Shown here piece by piece: positions 59,723-64,000 of a stretch of 64,000 nucleotides of DNA. Under the pieces are notes generated by a model. That model saw only the letters and a program-made list of their open reading frames with translations, ran no database searches and was not told the DNA's origin. Source of the DNA: Candidatus Saccharimonadota bacterium (GTDB taxonomy: Bacteria; Patescibacteriota; Saccharimonadia; Saccharimonadales; DTSZ01); contig DTSZ01000001.1 in NCBI GenBank assembly GCA_012965045.1, forward strand, positions 156,937 to 220,936, in the 5' to 3' direction. The number at the start of each line of letters is the position of its first letter. The stretch's first letter is position 1. A program made the position numbers and the translations under genes.

Positions 59723-60672
59723 TAGTCGGTTACCGCTGTTTTATTTGTCGAAGACTCAAACTGATCTTTTATTGCTTGCGGCAGTATGTCCAGTACGTGA
59801 TCTTCGGTTTCAATGTCTAGAGGTGCATGGCCATGGACATTCAGGTCGTGACTTTCAAAATCCTTAAACATGGTTCGCATACTGGCCTTAATTTGCTCGG
59901 TATTAAGTAGGTGGTCAGACGGAGCGCTTAAGTACTTCCCTTTTACTGGTAGTTTGTAGCCCGACAAATCCGTCGTTTTAAAAAAGTCCCAGGCGGTTGC
60001 ACCGTGCGTGTAGGTGTCATTTACCACCCACAACCAGGCACTTTCGCGAACGTATTCGTTGGTTTCTTCTTTATTTTTGTCTTTTAGGGTTTCATTGAGT
60101 GGTTTTGTAAGTTTGTATACTACGGGGATAAAAAAATTGTTTAAAAACAAGGCGTCGAGTATTTTTGCGCCAAGTCTGGTGCGTCCAATATTGCACAGTC
60201 CGTACATCAGCGGTATTTCGACAGTTTTCTTCATAGAAAAGTCTTTGTGCGACACAAAGCCAACCAGGCTAATTACTTCTTCTACGCGCGGTGTTAGCTT
60301 AGGGTAGGTGCTTAGTAGCTCGGTGACCATCTGGAAGCCGAATGAAATCCCCAGCAAGGTTATGGTGCGGTCGTCGGGGATATGCGTGGTAATAAAATGA
60401 TTCAGGTGATCGGCGTAAAACTCTAAGTCTGGGTAATTATTAATTTTGCTGGCTGGGTCCATGCCGCCAAAACCGGGGTTGTCGGCAATGTACACGTCAC
60501 CAAAGTTTTGCAGCGCTCCAATCATAGGCAGTAGTCGTTCAATGGTGGCGTGTTGGCCATAAATAATTACAAAGGTACGTGTAGCGTCGGTGTTTTTAGC
60601 TGGCCAGTGGCCCATGCGCCCTTTAAGACCTTTAAAATCATATTCAGAAATATTCGGATCGTCACTAAACAA
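59722..60672 (-). CDS. Alpha/beta-fold hydrolase-like protein
   Basis: A GISFG nucleophile-elbow-like motif, with a His near the C-terminus. Its stop abuts the GT4 start. Confidence 0.55.
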   Translation of the reverse strand: MFSDDPNISEYDFKGLKGRMGHWPAKNTDATRTFVIIYGQHATIERLLPMIGALQNFGDVYIADNPGFGGMDPASKINNYPDLEFYADHLNHFITTHIPDDRTITLLGISFGFQMVTELLSTYPKLTPRVEEVISLVGFVSHKDFSMKKTVEIPLMYGLCNIGRTRLGAKILDALFLNNFFIPVVYKLTKPLNETLKDKNKEETNEYVRESAWLWVVNDTYTHGATAWDFFKTTDLSGYKLPVKGKYLSAPSDHLLNTEQIKASMRTMFKDFESHDLNVHGHAPLDIETEDHVLDILPQAIKDQFESSTNKTAVTD

Positions 60673-60738
60673 AACAAGATACCCTTATTAATGCTGTTCG
60701 AAGTTAGCTTAAGTATAGCATTTGCTCGGCTCTAATTT

Positions 60739-61653
60739 TTACGGAGTTTCGGCTTCTACTTGTACGGTGTTTGCTTGTGGAATTTTCTTTTTTACAGCTG
60801 TTTTAATTTTGTCACTTAAGACTTCGATCTCATTCGTAGTCAAATCGTCGACAAAATGGATTTCTAAGATTATTAATAGCTTGCCAGAGCCTAAGTGCAG
60901 TGTTTTTAGGTCCAGTACTTCGTTTACGCCGTCGAGTTTTGTACAGGCAGCTACAATTGCTTTTTGCATAGCCGGCGTTATGGCTCGTCCAACAATTAAG
61001 CTTTTGGCGTCATATACTAAAAGTGCAGAGGTAACCATCATGCTAACACCAACAATCATGGCGCCAATACCGTCAAAAATAACTGACCCTGTAATTAGGT
61101 ATAAACCAATTGCCACCAGACCAAAAAGGGCTGAAGCCGTGCCGAGCGAATCAACCAGTAAGGTGGCTTTTGTTTCAACCAAGCTGGAGCTGACCAGTTT
61201 TGTTCGGTCTCGTCGTTTCAAAAAATTAATACCAAGTCGTTTACGGCTAAGGTTGAACGAGTATCCGTTCGTAAATAGCCCGAAGCTTAGCGTTACCAGC
61301 GCCAGCCAAATGGTGTCAATCGGCTGCTGGTCGATAACTTGCTGTAGGCCTAAAAACAGCGAAAACAAGCCAGTGCCAACAAACATAAACAGGCCAGCAA
61401 CTAACACATAAAAAAACACTTCCCTGCCGTAACCAAGCGGGTGTTGTTTGTCGGCAGCCTTTTCAGACTGCGTTACGCCAAAAAAAAGTATCCCGGCGGT
61501 TACTAAATCACTCAAGCCTTGCAGTGCTTGCGAAAACATAACCGCACTACCAGTTATAAAGCCTACAAAAAGGTTAAATAATACGTCACCAACACTTACA
61601 GCAAATGACGTCCCAACCGCTCGCTTTTGTGAAATTGTTTGTTTTTTTGCCAT
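60739..61653 (-). CDS. Cation diffusion facilitator (CDF) family metal efflux transporter
   Basis: Six TM helices with Asp-containing segments (LQGLSDLVT, DGIGAMIVG) and a C-terminal cytoplasmic alpha/beta domain. Confidence 0.75.
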   Translation of the reverse strand: MAKKQTISQKRAVGTSFAVSVGDVLFNLFVGFITGSAVMFSQALQGLSDLVTAGILFFGVTQSEKAADKQHPLGYGREVFFYVLVAGLFMFVGTGLFSLFLGLQQVIDQQPIDTIWLALVTLSFGLFTNGYSFNLSRKRLGINFLKRRDRTKLVSSSLVETKATLLVDSLGTASALFGLVAIGLYLITGSVIFDGIGAMIVGVSMMVTSALLVYDAKSLIVGRAITPAMQKAIVAACTKLDGVNEVLDLKTLHLGSGKLLIILEIHFVDDLTTNEIEVLSDKIKTAVKKKIPQANTVQVEAETP

Positions 61654-61733
61654 AACAATAGTCTAACAGCTTGATACATTCCCTTCACCTGTTTAAAATA
61701 AGCGGAGCATCTTTTTGTGCGATTATATTTCAA

Positions 61734-61764
61734 AAGGTATAATCATCACGAATGGCGAGTCGCC
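61734..61764 (+). repeat. Copy of the tRNA-Gln promoter plus first 12 nt of the tRNA
   Basis: aaggtataatcatcacgaatggcgagtcgcc versus aaggtataatcaacgacaatggcgagtcgcc at 62126-62156 (27 of 31 identical). Confidence 0.7.
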
Positions 61765-61854
61765 CTACCTGCGGCAGGCAGGCAAGTGTGAGAAATACTT
61801 TAAAGTATTTCGCAAGGTCGGAAACCCGGCGCAAGTTATTGCCCGAGTTGAGAC

Positions 61855-61949
61855 GGGGTGAAACATGCTGGTAGCATGTTGCAAGGAAATCTACTCTTGA
61901 AAACTGGGTTTTCAAAGATGTAGTTTCGGGATCGCAGGATGTGATGCGG
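61855..61949 (+). repeat. Structured unit U1
   Basis: Homologous to 62007-62105 (offset 152). The hairpins acatgc-tggt-agcatgt and ctactcttgaaaa...ttttcaaagatgtag differ from U2 by compensatory changes. Confidence 0.6.
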
Positions 61950-61976
61950 AATTTTTACAAAGTAAAAATATCTGTG

Positions 61977-62010
61977 ACAAGGCACATGGTTTTGGTCCAT
62001 GCATTCGGGG
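61977..62010 (+). other. tRNA-Gln-like anticodon arm copy (no complete tRNA)
   Basis: aaggcaCATGGttttggtCCATGcattcgggg versus the genuine aaggcaCTGGAttttggtTCCAGcattcggggg. The loop is identical and the stem is re-paired with different bases. No T arm or acceptor 3' strand follows. Confidence 0.6.
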
Positions 62011-62105
62011 TGAGACGAGCCAGTGGCTCGTTGCAAGGAAACTTACTCTTGAAAATTAATTTTCAAAGAAGTAATTTCGGGCTCGCGGGACGTGAGTCGA
62101 ATCCG
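62007..62105 (+). repeat. Structured unit U2
   Basis: Contains the hairpins acgagc-cagt-ggctcgt and ttactcttgaaaa...ttttcaaagaagtaa. The perfect hairpin gtcgaat-ccg-attcgac (62096-62112) extends just beyond the aligned unit. Confidence 0.6.
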
Positions 62106-62129
62106 ATTCGAACCGGCGTGAATTTAAGG

Positions 62130-62135
62130 TATAAT
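62130..62135 (+). promoter_or_regulatory. -10 box (tataat) of tRNA-Gln
   Basis: A perfect TATAAT ending 9 nt before the mature tRNA 5' end. The same box sits at 61738-61743. Confidence 0.5.
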
Positions 62136-62144
62136 CAACGACAA

Positions 62145-62219
62145 TGGCGAGTCGCCAAGTGGTAAGGCACTGGATTTTGGTTCCAGCATTCGGGGGTTCG
62201 AATCCCTCCTCGCCAGCCA
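62145..62219 (+). tRNA. tRNA-Gln (anticodon UUG), CCA encoded
   Basis: Acceptor tggcgag/ctcgcca, anticodon stem-loop ctgga-ttTTGgt-tccag, T arm ggggg-ttcgaat-ccctc, then discriminator g plus cca. Confidence 0.9.
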
Positions 62220-62243
62220 AACATAGCACCGAAGGAGACTTCA

Positions 62244-62978
62244 TTGCTTTCAATTATTGCGCTTATTGTTTCAGTTATCGCTGTCATTGTGTCGATTATT
62301 AGTTTGTGGAAAGCTTATCTTGCTCCGCTCAAACTAGAAGTAGCAGCCGGAGAATTAAGGTTTAGAATCTATCCTGTTAAAAATTCTGTTAAGAAATGGT
62401 ATCTTCCTACATTCACTGTGCCAATATCATTAGCAAATGTTGGTGCAAAACCTGGAAAGGTGCTAAGCCTAAGACTAGTAGCCCATTACCCACAAATCAA
62501 ACCTGCAGGCGCTAAGGAAACTTTTAGATGGTATGGAGAAGTTGAACCGAGGCAGTTCAGAAAAGATGCACAACATATATTTAAGTGGCAGAATACTTCC
62601 GTTATTGCAGGCAATGAACCGTTCATTGTTCCTCCAAAATCTACATACACAAAATACATGGTCTTTAAGAAAAGATGGGATCACCCTGTTGGTGCAAAAG
62701 AAATACGATATACACTGCAAATTTATACCGATCGAAAGAACAAGTGGCATGATATTGAAACATGGACCATGTCCCTGACACCCCTTTATTGGTCAGAGCT
62801 TACTGAAAATTTAAGTTCAATTGGGGTTAGTTCCGATAGCACCCCTAGAAAATATACCGAAACTATCCCAAAGGACCTACATAGTCTGATAAGAATAGAC
62901 AGTAAAATTCCCAAAGGGGGGTTTCAGACGGAACCGACCTATGTAGACTCTGAAGCTACTGATGAAGATAAAGTATAG
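62244..62978 (+). CDS. Hypothetical membrane-anchored protein (orphan)
   Basis: aaggag RBS, TTG start, and an N-terminal TM helix. 9 of 11 Arg codons are AGA/AGG by my count. It lies directly downstream of tRNA-Gln. Confidence 0.5.
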   Translation: MLSIIALIVSVIAVIVSIISLWKAYLAPLKLEVAAGELRFRIYPVKNSVKKWYLPTFTVPISLANVGAKPGKVLSLRLVAHYPQIKPAGAKETFRWYGEVEPRQFRKDAQHIFKWQNTSVIAGNEPFIVPPKSTYTKYMVFKKRWDHPVGAKEIRYTLQIYTDRKNKWHDIETWTMSLTPLYWSELTENLSSIGVSSDSTPRKYTETIPKDLHSLIRIDSKIPKGGFQTEPTYVDSEATDEDKV

Positions 62979-63140
62979 TCAGGTAATAGAGACTAATCTG
63001 ATCAGCCAAATGGAAAAGAGCCCAGCACGGACTTTTTTTGAATAAGATAAAGACTTGAATCTCCGATTTGAAAAGTATTAGGCTAGATAAATTTCAAATT
63101 TTGAACGTATACAAAGTCGTTATTTTTAACGAAGAATTTA

Positions 63141-63803
63141 TTATATACTTTCTATAAATTTTGACAGCATTTCAGCGCTAGTTAATTCATCTGTGTCAAA
63201 TTTGGTGCAACTTACATCTGTTTCTATTTCTAATATACTTATAATTTCGTGCCATGCTCTTTGATATCTTTCGAGAAACACCAACGAATTGAACCCCCAG
63301 AAATTCTCGAATGTATCTGTTTTTTGCCTTTCAGCGATTCTCTGTGAGATAACACTAAATGGAGCATGGACCAGATTAATGCTGTCTGGTAATTGATCTG
63401 CGGCTTCAATCCATTTGTGGGCCACATCAAGATGGTGCCGGTGACTTAACTCGGAAGTAATTGTCTGTCTCATCACTGCATGGGATACGCGGGTTACTAG
63501 CTCGCCACCTGACGTAGCGATTTTGCGGCCTTCTGAGTATTTGGCTTCCGCTAGGTTTTTAAAATCAGAGTTAAGGTCTATGTATATATCCTCTCTTTCA
63601 GCTATCATTTCTGCGTCTAAGACTTGAGTAGCTGTTCGTTTTCGGAATTCACGCGCGCGAGAAGAGGATGTTGGTTCAAGAATTTCGTAGCCAATTGTAG
63701 CAAGAGCACCGAGCCATGTTGATTTCCCTGAACCATCTACACCTAGAACCAGGAGTCTATCAGGGGATTTCTCTAGTTGGGCCTCTACTTTACCAATTAA
63801 CAT
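63141..63803 (-). CDS. P-loop NTPase, nucleotide/nucleoside-kinase-like (unassigned)
   Basis: LVLGVDGSGKSTW Walker A of the dNMP-kinase style. The rest of the protein is not recognisable. Confidence 0.5.
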   Translation of the reverse strand: MLIGKVEAQLEKSPDRLLVLGVDGSGKSTWLGALATIGYEILEPTSSSRAREFRKRTATQVLDAEMIAEREDIYIDLNSDFKNLAEAKYSEGRKIATSGGELVTRVSHAVMRQTITSELSHRHHLDVAHKWIEAADQLPDSINLVHAPFSVISQRIAERQKTDTFENFWGFNSLVFLERYQRAWHEIISILEIETDVSCTKFDTDELTSAEMLSKFIESI

Positions 63804-63863
63804 ATTTGAATTATAATCAAATAACTCACTAAATCAAGTAAGTGAAATAGATGGTTGCAGAAT

Positions 63864-64000
63864 ATGATTGAACAAGGAAGTATGCATGCAAAGCCTGAAG
63901 AGAGACCTAATATCGCTTTGTCTTCCTTAGGTGAAACTCTTACTGAAAGCGACTACGGGATTGAAGCCGGAGTTCTTAGCCTGATTGAAAGTGAAAAAGG
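63864..64000 (+). CDS. Partial ORF running off the window end
   Basis: ATG at 63864 with an open frame to the window edge (MIEQGSMHAKPEERPNIALSSLGETL...). No motif recognised. Confidence 0.25.
   Translation, partial: MIEQGSMHAKPEERPNIALSSLGETLTESDYGIEAGVLSLIESEK

Noticed and set aside
60722-61411. 229-aa plus-strand ORF opposite the CDF transporter gene
   Set aside because: It is a shadow ORF of the transporter. The minus-strand frame has the expected six TM helices and C-terminal domain.
61878-62056. CRISPR-like appearance of gttgcaaggaaa...cttgaaaa occurring twice
   Set aside because: There are only two copies, spaced 152 nt apart. They sit inside larger homologous units, there is no regular repeat-spacer periodicity, and there are no cas genes in the window.
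62096-62125. Possible minus-strand tRNA suggested by ccggttcgaatcgg
   Set aside because: No 5-bp T stem, acceptor stem or anticodon arm can be drawn around it. The sequence belongs to the perfect hairpin gtcgaat-ccg-attcgac at the end of unit U2.
61734-62219. Reading the partial tRNA-Gln copies as att scars of an integrated element
   Set aside because: Integrase-mediated insertion duplicates the tRNA 3' end. Here the promoter, the 5' end and the anticodon arm are duplicated, and the arm keeps its pairing by compensatory changes. No repeat of the tRNA 3' end was seen downstream in the window.

Overview
Gene-dense bacterial chromosome segment of moderate GC. The gene content fits a small-genome, Gram-positive-type or CPR (Saccharibacteria-like) organism; that placement is inferred from gene content only. 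Recognisable content: mreB, a sortase, a GtrA/GT2/PMT-like surface-glycosylation trio, xth, pyrH, a GH1 beta-glucosidase, a CIRCE-controlled hsp20-clpB unit, an oxidative pentose-phosphate module (zwf-gnd-pgl), an F1Fo ATP synthase operon, a carotenoid cluster of the C50 type, typA, metK behind a SAM-I riboswitch, two GT4 glycosyltransferases, a CDF transporter, tRNA-Leu(CAA) and tRNA-Gln(UUG). Main unexplained signals: (1) Three unrecognisable ORFs sit exactly at the atpA|atpG, atpG|atpD and atpD|atpC junctions and are tightly packed against their neighbours. (2) A family of three large (~400-470 nt) highly structured non-coding elements lies directly after stop codons; stem covariation between copies supports a conserved fold. 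(3) A ~400-nt block upstream of tRNA-Gln holds a duplicated promoter plus tRNA 5' end, a tRNA-Gln-like anticodon arm that keeps its pairing with different bases, and two tandem ~95-nt structured units. (4) An exact 2 x 534 bp in-frame tandem duplication lies inside a PEGA-domain gene. (5) Six ~24-bp direct repeats plus a 14-bp palindrome lie between an AbrB-like gene and a PIF1-type helicase. (6) A PNPOx-family gene is split at a T_TTT_TTG run. (7) Several orphan ORFs use mostly AGA/AGG arginine codons, unlike the core genes. No CRISPR array, rRNA or recognisable transposase was found.
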